Of a DNA stretch of 64,000 nt, positions 37,201-49,060 are shown piece by piece. Position 1 is the stretch's first letter; each line of letters starts with the position of its first letter. Source of the DNA: Nageia nagi (taxonomy: Eukaryota; Plantae; Pinophyta); assembly GCA_050084985.1 (NCBI GenBank), contig JBITNC010000001.1, forward strand, positions 170,376,001 to 170,440,000, written 5' to 3'. The position numbers and the translations under genes are program-made. The notes beneath the pieces were generated by a model. The model was not told where the DNA came from, searched no databases, and worked only from the letters and a program-made list of their open reading frames with translations.

Positions 37201-39015
37201 TATTTTTCACTCCATCTTTCATAATTATATGTTATACTAGGCTTATCACCATATCATACTATTATTAGATCTTTGATATGCATATAAGTCAATAATAACC
37301 TTACTGTGGATGCTCTTGTGAGTGCTAACATTGAGGTTATCATAGATGTTTTCCCTAGCAATAACAATAATATTTGATTGTAATTAAATTCTAAATTATG
37401 CATCTCAAGATGTCTCTTCTATTGATAAGTCCCTATTTTAATATACACTTGGTTGTCTAGATAAGGTAACATTTATTTATCTTTCTTGATCCCTTTCTCA
37501 ATAGTGCATTAGTTAATCTTAATATTGGTACTCTAGAGATCATTGTTTATTATTCATATATTATTATGCATAAAGATATTTTTTGTAGTATCATTTTTAT
37601 TCTTTATCATATTTCACATATTGGAACCCACCTTTGTTTTGTTGTATTTTCATTTCTTAAATAAGATTTGGCTAGAAAGTTCTTTCCAAACTCACATAAT
37701 TTCTCACAATATCAAATCTTTTAAAGATACATTTTCAATATTATGCTATGAATTCTTTTTATGTACATAATAATAAAAATAAAATGGTATCTTATGAACA
37801 TAGTAACATTGAATGCAACAATATTACACCAACAAAAAAGACATATAAAAAGACCACCAAAGCTGATGAATGAAGAAAAAGTGAAAGGATCAGAAAAATA
37901 TATCAAAAAGCAAAATCTAATGGTATTATAACTATAGAACAATATAATCAAGTAGAATAAAGGATGTTCCATCTGATGATGAAAGTTTTATAGAAAGTTC
38001 CTCAAGCTCAACAAAAATATGGTTAGCAAAGAAGTTCAAATTTGTGATGAAATTAAAGAAGATGGGTTGAAAAATCTAACAAATACTAATGTAGATAAGA
38101 ACAAGGATGTATTACTTAAAATTATTAGCATAATTGAAAATAAATTTAGATATATGAATTTTTAAAAAGAATCACATCTAGAAGATAGGGATTATATGAT
38201 ACAAGCTTTTAAAGAGGGTGTAGAAGTTATGAAACAAAGGAAATTATATCATGACAAAAAAAAAATTCAAAGAAGAAAAAGATTAAATACACATTAAAAC
38301 CATGTAAATAAGATTTGTATTTCTTTATACTAAAATCAATCTTTCCACACCAAGTGAAACTTGCAAAAGTAGAACTAGACCTTAACATCACCCATGTCAA
38401 AAGTGTTAGTGATAAAACTAGCATTAACATTGTTATTTTCTAGGATGATTATGAGATATTCTAATCCTTGGTGTTCCTAAGTAAATTATTACCACTCTTG
38501 AGAATCAACATATCAATTCCATTTTATAATTTAATGACAACACTAGAAATGAGATAATAGTAAGAGATATTCTTCAAGAAAATTCTATAAAAGGCATCAT
38601 AAATTAATAAGCTTTATCATCTCCAAATAATTCACAAGAAATACCACAAATATCAAATGAAAAGAAAAACACAAATGCACTTAAGCAAGATCAAAGGCTT
38701 GAGTCACAAGAATAGCTAATGCAGATTGAAGAAACCCATAATGAAGAAGGAGATGATGATGATGAAGATGTTACTTTTGAAAATGAAGCAGAACTCGAAG
38801 AACATGACCACTTGAAGAGAAGCTTCAATAATAACTTCATGACTTGATAAATTCAATGTTACAACCATACTCATATTGGTAACTAGAGGATAGTATTATC
38901 AAGTTCAACTACTTCTAGCTCAATGATCACTTATATTTAAATACTTGATCAATAAAAGGAAAATTCATTCTATACTATATATGTATAACCCAATTAAAGG
39001 AATATCATGCTAAGA
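34272..39015 (-). mobile_element. Copy 2 of the duplicated chromovirus-like gypsy remnant and flank
   Basis: Collinear with 19505-24000 from the acatacaacc anchor to catcatgctaa; protease-like ORF 36260-36445. Confidence 0.8.
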
Positions 39016-39036
39016 AGGTAATTTTTTTATTTGAAA

Positions 39037-39372
39037 TGATGCATGATAGAAAAATAATTTCATGGAATGTAATGATTTTAGGATATGAAAGGAATGATTG
39101 TAGCAAGGAATCCATCAAACTATTTAAACAAATAGAATATGTATGCACTAATCTAGATAATATTATATTTGTTAGTATGTGATCTCCATCTAGCCATACA
39201 GGTCTAGTGAAATAAGGCTATCAATACTTTAAATTCATAAATGATTATTATCATATTATAACCATAATGAAATACTATACATGTATGATTAACCTCCTTG
39301 GTTTTGTTAGGCATGTAGATGAAGCCAAAAGACTTAAAAATTAACATACCAATTAAATCTAATGTAATTATG
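39037..39372 (+). pseudogene. PPR fragment of a second subfamily (S-P2-L2-S2)
   Basis: MHDRKIISWNVMILGYERNDCSKESIKLFKQ..SHTGLVK*GYQYF..YTCMINLLG..GHVDEA. Confidence 0.8.
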
Positions 39373-39824
39373 ATAACAAAAAAGAATCAAACTTATTTTT
39401 TAAGTTTGCAACTCAAAATCTTCTTTCTCATTATCATCTTTCTTCTTTCTAAGCTTTCACTAACATGATTCTATATAAACAAAGTGCTTCAAAGTTATAT
39501 GACTCATAATAAACTAAAATATATTAAGCTAAGTAACAGTCACAAATAAAGGACCATGGGGAAGGGATACCTCATTTTCCTTGTTTTTAGCATTTGGAGC
39601 CATGTGATATATTTTATCACTTTGTCCCAAAATACTTACATAAAGTTTTTGTATAATGTTGGCTAAAAATACTTTAAGCATGGGATGCATTGCCTAGATA
39701 GCATCTATAGCTTGCTTGGTTGCATACTAACTTTATTCTAGAATCCATGAAAAATTAATTAAATAATGTAGAATCCAAAAAACTTATTATTTTTTCTCCA
39801 TATAAGCTAAAAACTAAAGTGAAC

Positions 39825-39946
39825 AATTTCATGGATTTCAATGATTGCATGGTATGTAAGGAATGGTTTTACAAGAAATTATTGTAAGGGATGCCAATCA
39901 TTTTCTCCACTTCAGGGATGTATAATATTCATGTGGTGACTAGGTG
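39825..39946 (+). pseudogene. Micro PPR-DYW fusion fragment
   Basis: ISWISMIAWYVRNGF is joined directly to EIIVRDANHFLHFRD..SCGD, the DYW C-terminus. Confidence 0.7.
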
Positions 39947-40420
39947 ATTGACTAAAGGATGTTTATTATGAAAATGCAGTGAAGCTTTATCTAGCCAATG
40001 ATTTATTTTAGAAATTAAGTAATTAAAAAGTGCATAATTCAAAAAACTTATGTTTTTTTCCTATATAAGCTAAAAGTTAAAGTGAACAATATGACATGTA
40101 ATTTAGTGTTGCAAGATCTCCAATTTCTAGCATTTATTGTGAGATTTGTTAGATTTAATGCAATCTCCATGGAGCTATTCTTTATGTAAATTAAGATGAA
40201 GGCACCTTCAACTATTTCATAAATAAAATTCTTCATAAATTTTGTACTATGCATATGTTACCTCAAAAGTATATAGAAAATGCAAAAGAAGGACCCAATA
40301 CACAAAAATGAAATTGTCTAGTTTCATACCAAGTACAAAAACCTTTTCAAGTATTCTTCATGTATATCTAACTTTTACAACTTTTAAATAGGGTATGAAC
40401 ACTCATTGGCAAATAACTAG

Positions 40421-41036
40421 ATGTGGGTTTATTTCATATGCAATCATGATAACAACCCTGATAGACATATGTTAAAAATGTGGGAGCATTAAGAAGGTAA
40501 GTGTTTTATTTCACGATATGTGCAATACATAAATAATTTCATAGAGTGCAATGATTGTAAGAAATCCATTGAACTATTTGAACAAATGAAATTTATGTTC
40601 ATTAATCTAGACAATATTTCATTTATTACTATATTATCTTCATGAAACTATGTAAGTCTAGTGAAATAGGGCTATTAATACTTCTAATTCCTGTTTGACT
40701 ATTATCACATTTCACACATAATGAATGCACAACACATTTTTCTTAGTCACGTTGGAAATTTAGATGAAGCAAAATACTTTATAAATAACATACAAATAAA
40801 ACCCAATGTTATAGTATGGACTTGTTTGCTTGGTGCCTGTATACTTCATAATAAAATGTGGCATGGATATTCATGGAGAAATAACAAAATTTGATTTTTT
40901 TTTGCATGCAACATTTGTGATAAAAAAACTTTTAAAATATCAAAGCATTAATATGGTAATGGTTTGTTTAACAAGATGTGTTATGTATAAATAATTCCAT
41001 GGAATGCCATAATTGTAGGATATGCAAGAATGGTAT
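40421..41036 (+). pseudogene. PPR pseudogene fragment, second subfamily
   Basis: TLID..KCGSIKK, SIELFEQM, VGNLDEAKYFINNIQIKPNVIVWTCLLGAC, then WNAIIVGYAR. Confidence 0.8.
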
Positions 41037-41589
41037 TTTTATGTTTTAGAACAAGAGTTCATGTATTATTGAAATTTATGGAGTATTTGAAACTTCAAAA
41101 GTTTCAATTGTAAATAGTACTACATAAATAAACATAAATGAAAAAAATAAAAATTGTTATATGTTCCATGAGATTTAAAAACGGATGAATCAGATATACC
41201 TTTTTTATAGACTACACTTTAGCATAAACATAAAATTATGCAACGAAAAAATCACAAATGTTACTTATCTTACAATTTGTATTACAATAAAATTTACCAT
41301 GAACATTATAATTTGTATCATATTACATTACAATTAATGGTGTCAAACTACAACTCCTTTAGATTTTTTAGTTAAACCTTATCTCATATGATAATTTGTA
41401 TGGCACAATCTCATCATGGTTCCAAAGAAAACCATGTACCATCACATTCATAATATAGGTATTTAATGTTATCATCATTTTCATTTTCTTATTATGCAAT
41501 TATAGTTTCAACAAAATCTATTATTACAAAGTCATTGATATATTTTACCTTGTATGCTTCAATTTCCTTGATCCCTCTTAGAGGAGATG

Positions 41590-42060
41590 TGATAACTACA
41601 TACCAATTGTCTTCAATTAGATATTATACATAAAATACTTATTTGGATTGTGACACTAGAATAGTTGGATTATCTTATACTCTATCTTGGCTTTGTAATT
41701 TGTTCATGTTGACCAATGTGAAGTGAAGCTTATTCATCTATTTTGTATCCATTCTTCTTATCAAAAATATTTATCCAATCACATTTAAAGACAAGGTATT
41801 GAAATTTATAGTAATATAACAAAATTATTTTCATAATAACATCATAATATTTGAGTTTTTGAAGTATCAGGTTCATGTCTTTTGTACTTTCTTTACATAA
41901 AATAGTATCATCAACATACGCATTGGTGATTTGATTTTCTCTTTGGTTGTATTTATCTTTAGAATAAATTTATAACCATTAATTATATTGCCCAAATGTT
42001 TGGTTGGAACTCTCCTTATACCATGTTCCAACCACTTTACAAGGTCAAAAGTCATTGTTT
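41590..42060 (-). mobile_element. CACTA (En/Spm) transposase C-terminal fragment (DUF4216-like)
   Basis: KWLEHG..GNIINGYKF, YYDVMKIILLYY..LVFKCDW, FTLVNM, PTILVSQSK*VFYV..DNWYV match the TnpD C-terminal pattern YYG..FKCDW..EPFILASQA.QVFYV..W. Confidence 0.75.
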
Positions 42061-42483
42061 TTTATGTTGCATTCCATCTTCGTTAAACTAAAAAAAGATA
42101 TTTACGATGATTCTAGAACATTAGAAGATGATCAATATAAATTTTTAAGATTGTGTTCAAGATATTAGATAATAAATTGATCTCATATCTAAGTGATGAA
42201 TGTTTATCAATGTTATTTTTGCAACTCTACTTCATATTTCACTTGACTAAAAAAAGCCTTTGGTGGTGGCCAATTTGAGGCAACTTTGACTAGACGATCA
42301 AAAATTGCTACTATATGTCATTTTGATGGTAGTTTTAAGACTCCACCATAGATCACAATATGGAAGTAAAAAGTTTCCCCTCCATCTCACTAAGATAAAA
42401 AATAAAAAAATATCTCGTGCAAGAGCTTATTTGGACTATTTCATTTTTGATGGGGTAGGCCTAATTGTAACAACATATGATTA

Positions 42484-42615
42484 AGGAGAGGAGAGGAGAG
42501 GAGAGGAGAGAAGGAGAGGAGAGGAGAGAAAAGGGATAATATGAAGGAGGAGATGGAGAATATAGAGGAGGAGAGGGAGAAGAGGGAGGAGAGGAGAGGA
42601 GGTGAAGTAGGAGAG
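42484..42615. repeat. (GAGAG)n / purine-rich low-complexity tract
   Basis: Directly visible. Confidence 0.9.
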
Positions 42616-44554
42616 GCTTGGTAGTTGTAACACTACTCCAATTTTCACCAACTAAAACCTCTAAATTTAAGATATTTTTATTTTTATTTTTATTCAATAG
42701 CTTCTTAAGGTTTAATATTTACAACATATATCCTACATGGTTTACATTTTGATATATTATTGACTTTATTTAGACTTCATCATTTCTTTCTAAGTACAAG
42801 GGTTCGTTCACCAGGTATTCCTATCCTTGCTTGCAAGTGGATACTCCTGATGATTGTACCTTTGTTTTATTTGAACTTATTTACCATATCCTTAATCTTA
42901 ATAAGGTGTACTTGTTATTTTGTAAAAGGTTTAATAATGCTAGTTTAAGTGCAAATCAATGTTCAAGATAACTTATAATTTAGATCCCATAACAATCTCA
43001 AGCATCCTGCATTATTTCTTAGAGTATTTATCCCATTGTACTCCTAAGGGTCCCTAAAGTTTTCCAAACGATCCTAAATTTAGGTCCTCAAGACTAATAT
43101 GGAATCCTTTTCTAAAATGTTGGAATGATAGTTGATTTATTTAGGGTTCTTATTTATTAATGATCTTTAAGATCGTTGTACAAGCAATTGAGACACATTC
43201 ATTTGATCCTTATAAATTTAATTAATCAATTTCTATAACTTGCAAATAAATAAAATCCATAACCCAATTTGGTTTCATATGTGAGTTCATGTACTTAGGT
43301 TGCATTTTTTTGACCCTATTTCCCCACTTTATTTATTAATATACTATGTAACCCATAAACTCATTAAATCTCAAAGTTAACAATTCATTCACTAAGAAGG
43401 TAGTTTCTAATTCTAAGTCTAATTAGGTTTTACCCTTTAAAATTTTATCATTAATATCTCAACCTTATTATCTAAAAACTTTGTATTTATCAATCCCATT
43501 TATTCCCATTGGGTTCCATTTGTACCCATTTTGATCCCAACTTAAAATTTCCCAAATGATCACAAATTGTTGTTTGGAACCTTTGTAGTTCAAATTTAGG
43601 ATTATTTCTAAGTTGTTAGGATATTTTTGGATTTTATTGGAATTAATAACCTAAACAATATACTTCTTTATAACTCTTAGTAAAATCATTTTCTTAAATC
43701 GATTTATACTATCCACTACTGATCATGAAATAACAACTATTAATTCCTACTCCTATTCATGTAATCATAGCATCAAACCATCATAATATTATTCTTAATA
43801 AAAAGAAAACTTATTAATGATTTATATAGTAAAACCAATTCAATGAAATACAACTCATATACTTTCCATTTACCATATTATCATGACATAAATACAAATC
43901 AAACTTTAATGAATTAATATAATACAACCCATTTAATCATTAATGGGATCTTTTTGACAAATCATACTATGTCATATCCAATGAGTTTGAAATTCAAATT
44001 TGTTCATGTCATATGGTTTTTGACCATTGTATCGATTGTCAAACATCTCGATCGATCTTCATGCAATGAGCATCGAACATCTCCTTGGAACTTGATGGGT
44101 GGATCAAGTACTAGGAGGGAGGAGGATCATGACAACCCTTTTTAAACTAGACCATTATGCAAATGAATTTAAATATAGACCTTAAGAAAAATTATCTCCT
44201 TTCTTTGGTCAATGTACATTAATCTATTATTTATTTACCCTATAATTAATCCATCTTAATTAATTAAATCATTCATAATAAGGTCTTGGATACCTTAATA
44301 ATTAATTAATGAAATTGGTACTATTTGAATTATTTTACTAAATATTATACCAATATCATAATCTCAAAACCATAGTTTATTTACTACAAGATTTTAAAGA
44401 GTTCTTGAATTACTTATTAAAAATATTAAACATACTTATCACCTCATTAGATACTAATTAGTTTATTTAACAAACTTAGATAATAATAAGAAAACATATT
44501 TTTATTACTTCATCTTTCTTCACTTTCACATGAATTTAACAATATTTTTTTACT

Positions 44555-45450
44555 AAACATCATATTAGAACTTTAATAAAATTCATGTCAAAATAAATTC
44601 ATTAATCTCTAAATATAGGCATAAGGAGAAATATTTGACCAATCTCCTTAAAATATCATAAAATACATAATACAATTTGTACGTGAAATTTTTTACCCCT
44701 ACATCTAAATAAAAACAAAAGAACATCCCACTTCTTTACTTTTTAAAGAAAAATACATGGTATCAACCTTTGAATACATAACCGCTATGTCTCTTCAAAG
44801 GGTACAACACTTCAATCAACAATTAATGAAACTTTATCATTATAATAAACATCATATTAGGAATTTAATAAAATTTATGTCATTTATTAAAACTTTAGAT
44901 AAAGGCATAAGGAGAAATATTTGACTAGTCTCTTTAAAATATCATAATATAATTTTTACGTGAAATTTTTCACCCCTACATCTAAATAAAAAGAGAATAA
45001 CAAAAAAAAAAATTCCACTCCTTTACTTTTTAAAGAAAATGACATGGTACCAAATTTTAAATGAAATGACCATTATGTTTCTTCAAATGCTACAACACTT
45101 CAATCAATAATTAATTGTATGAAATATTATAATAAACATCATATTAGGAATTTAATAAAATTTATATCAAAATAAATTCATTAAATTATAGCTAAAGGCA
45201 TAAGGGAGAATATTTGACTAGTCTCTTTAAAATATCATAATACAATTTGTACATAAAATTTTTCACCCTTATATCTAAATAAAAAAAAATGATTAACAAA
45301 AGAAAATCCCACTCTTTTATTTTTTAAAGAAAATGACATGGTAATAATCTATAAATAAAAGAACCACTATGTCTCTGCAAATGGTTCAACACTTCTAACA
45401 ACCATTAATTCTATAAAGCTTTACCAAACATTATAATAAACATCATATTA
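44555..45450. repeat. ~290-bp AT-rich tandem repeat x3, probably inside a large gypsy-type LTR whose 5' end (TGTAATGACCC, minus) is at 46441
   Basis: aaacatcatatt at ~44555, 44847, 45134 and 45438; gggtcattaca at 46431-46441. Confidence 0.8.
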
Positions 45451-46449
45451 AATATCTCAAAATAGGACTACCTTAAAAAAATGTAAAAGAATGCGCCTGG
45501 ACTTGAAAAGGAAAGAGAGACTTCTTTTCTTCACGTAACTCTGCACCAAGCTTGAGAATAACCAAAATAAAATGAAAATAGCAAGAGATAGATAGGTAGT
45601 TATTGTTGCTATTTTTTCAATGCTCTAATCCTTTATTTATAGCTAAAGGGGCTCAAATGTGTCCAAATGGATGTCTCTTCACACCTTCAATAATTTTGGG
45701 TTAGGTTTGCTTAAACTTGGAGATGATGGTAATGGCATTTAATACTTTAAAATCTTTTTCACTAATTGACAATTTAGTGCCAACTCTTATCCACACCTAA
45801 CATAAAAATACAAAATTAAGTAGGGTCATTACTCTATTATTTTTCTAGCTATTAAATATCATGTCATACCACAAGGAGACTTTAGTCTTTATCTAATAGT
45901 GTTTTTACTATTAGCCCTATGTGGTAATTTTTCTAACCTTATAATAATTTTTAAATTTAACTAAAGGTATATCCCCTTTTTCCCTCCATTTTAAAATTTA
46001 AATTTCAAAAATACTAAATAAGGGAAAACACATCTTTACCTATGACAGTCACCTCGTACTGCAAAGTAAGGTTAATCCACACATTTTTGTAAACATATTT
46101 TCATCAAGAACTTAACAATTATAATAATTATTCTACATGCATCTACATGATTTATGATGGTCATAAAGTGTGTCAATGATTCAACACCAATCATTTCCTT
46201 CTCTTACCCTTTCGTTCCCATCACCAATTCACCTTTGGTTCATTAGGTCTTTAATTTCTCCTTTCATTTTGTAGTAATATGTTACCTACATCATAAAATC
46301 TCAAATACAGCATCAACTTGATACAAATAATACATATTTCCAATTACAATTGATCATCACATAGCAATAATTTAAACATAGTTTTATTCACATCCTTAAT
46401 GGTGTTTAAAGTCAACTAGTGCCATTGGGTGGGTCATTACAGTAGTAGA

Positions 46450-47105
46450 GACAAGTCGGGTATATTCTTCCATATTTTGCATACATCTCTTAAGGATTTT
46501 TTTAAAAAATCATTTTATATGCAAGTTGGGATCATTGTAGACCATGAAATTAAATTTGCATCATGAATCATGTCAAGCAATCCCTAGGCTAGTGTATCCT
46601 TCCACATTTTGTGTACATGTCTTAGGGATTTTTTTCTTAAAAGTAGCTTCCATCTTATTAAACATTTCCTAGGCCTTATGTATTCTTCCACATTTTGTGT
46701 ACATGTTTATCAGGGAATTCAAATCCTAGACATTCAAATTACATTCACACACCCAATTCAAATTTTATGAGTATTTTGATAGTGAAGTTCAATGGTACCT
46801 TGATAGTCTTAGGGCTTTTATTAAAACCCCACTTTGTGCAATCATTACAGACCATGAAATTTTATTTTGCATCATGCATCTTGTCAAATAATTCCCACAC
46901 CTTGTGTATTCTTCTATTTTTTTTGTACATATCTATCAGGACATTCAAAACCTAAACATTCGAATTACAAGCACCATATAAATACTTCCATACACCCAAT
47001 TTAGGTTTTATAAGTATTTTGACAGTGAAGTTCCGTGGGCCATCAATAGTCTTAGGGATTTTCTCTGAAAAATCATTTTGTGCATATTATGCAATCATTG
47101 CAAAC
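46450..47105 (-). pseudogene. Motif-shuffled, internally repeated PPR mosaic
   Basis: The minus strand repeats the blocks AMIA.YAQN.F.EK..KT / NFT.KILIKPKLGVW / LIDMY.KCGRIHKA.ELFDKMHDA..ISW with the same non-native junctions; four MY.K.GRI copies. Confidence 0.85.
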
Positions 47106-48989
47106 TATTATTAGAATATTTAGTGCATTATTGTAAAAATTATTCTTTAGAAGATATCTAAAGAATAATACCTATTTTATTTATGTAAATCACTTAATAC
47201 TTAAAAGAATATCCTTTAAGTATTTAAGTGGAAAATTTATCCTACACTCAAGCTCATGAGCATACCCCTTGGGTAAAAGAGTGGAAAAACTCATGATCTT
47301 ACCTCTTGGGTAAATGGGTGAGTTAAAGGGGGATTTCTTCCTATAAATAGAGGGCATCCCATTTATAATTGTAAACATAAGTGTAGAAAGCATTTTTATG
47401 CTAATAGTTGTAGGAGAGTTCATGAGAAGCGTTGTAAGAGTGTTCTTGAGGTAATAAAATTGAGATCGTTCAAGTGGATGCACTCTCATATAGAGAGGAA
47501 CTACTATTCATGTTTGTGTTATCTTAGTGTGATTATGCCTTTGAGTTGTTAGATTAGAGAAAACTCCTTCAAGTTGATCTTGGGCTATGAGTGAGGCATT
47601 CTTGTCTTCTCTCAATTGGCAGTAGAGCCTCCTTGAATATCTTCCCTTCTCTTAGTAAAATCCATTCAAGGTATAATTTTCTCACTTTTTTTTCTTATTT
47701 TTTAAACTATTTTTGCATTTTTGTTAGCTCTCTTTTGGTATTTTGGTAAAAGTTGCAAATTTATTTACCTTTTACAAAATAAATTATTCTTCATTAAAGT
47801 TATTGCATATATAACAATATGTTGTTATGCAATTTATTTTATGAAAGTTTGTAATTTTTTACAAATTATTTAAAATTCATGCAAATAATTTTATATTTAA
47901 TATGCAAAATCATGTAAAAAATATTATTGTTATTTTTTGTATTTTTTTTAAAAAGAGCATTTCCAATATATTTGTACATTTTTTTAGTGAAAAAGATACT
48001 AAAGTATATATATGGTTGGGCATGGTAAAGAAGTCATCGAGGTTGATTGTTGGGTTTGAAGGGGTAGTTAGGCTATGGAGGAGGTCAAGGTCATGGTGGG
48101 GAGGGTATGGGCTCGTTAGACCTAAAAAACTTGCAATATATATACCTAATGGCTTCTCTACCATGCTCAACTAGATACATTATAAGTTTTTTTAGGCTTG
48201 GTGGCCTTAACACTCTCCCTACCAAAACCTTTACCTCCTCTATGAATCGACCATCCCTCCATACTTGATGACCAAACCTTGATGGATCCCTTTGCCTTCC
48301 TTGTTGGCCACCTCATGTCCTACCATTATCAATTGGCCACCCTCGACCATGGCCACCTCCTAGCCTTCCACCACTAGTTGAGAACCCTCAACCATAACCA
48401 CCTCCTACCCTACCACCCTCAGCCATGACCTCCCCTTTCCTCCCCTCATGTGGCCCTATGGTCCCTTCCCTACCTGCTCCTAGAGTCCCTCGAAGGCCAA
48501 ATTCCACCCACCACTCCCAGCTCTCCAACCCCCTTATGTGTCACCCTTTGGGTTCTTTCCTCTCATCATATAGGCCTTTGGGCCCTTCCCTCCCTTTAGG
48601 CCATTCTTTTCTAGTAAATTATGTGTCCTTATGAGTGCTTGGAGGCGGAACATTTAAGTCCAAAATGATTGATGCATGGATGGAGAAGCTTTACCTTTGA
48701 AAGGGCATGGTTGGTGATGTAGGTTTGATCATGTCTATGGGAGTTGATCCTAATTGGATAGCATAAAGAGGTGGTGTGTACTTGTATTTGAGTAAGCAAA
48801 ATGTACATTGTGTGCTTCAACCATCCTTCTCAATAGACTTATGTAGAATGTAGAATGAAGACACAAGCAGTAGAAGATAGTAACCTACCCTCTATCTGAA
48901 AAAATATGTATAGGGGAAAAATTTAATACTGATGCAACTGATGAGTGCAAAGTCCTTGACAACTTTAATGGTCATGGGTTTGCAAGATA

Positions 48990-49060
48990 AAGGTTGTCAA
49001 TACTTTAATAACATAGTTGAATCTTATTACATTATTCATGGGATGAATAAATTAGCATGT
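48990..49060 (+). pseudogene. Isolated PPR L2/S2 snippet
   Basis: KGCQYFNNIVESYYIIHGMN resembles EGCKYFNSMSDSYCIIPGMNH. Confidence 0.65.

Noticed and set aside
47108-47630. Copia-like LTR with PBS (ttggcagtagagcc)
   Set aside because: The PBS is too degenerate, and there is no second LTR or coding domain to confirm it.
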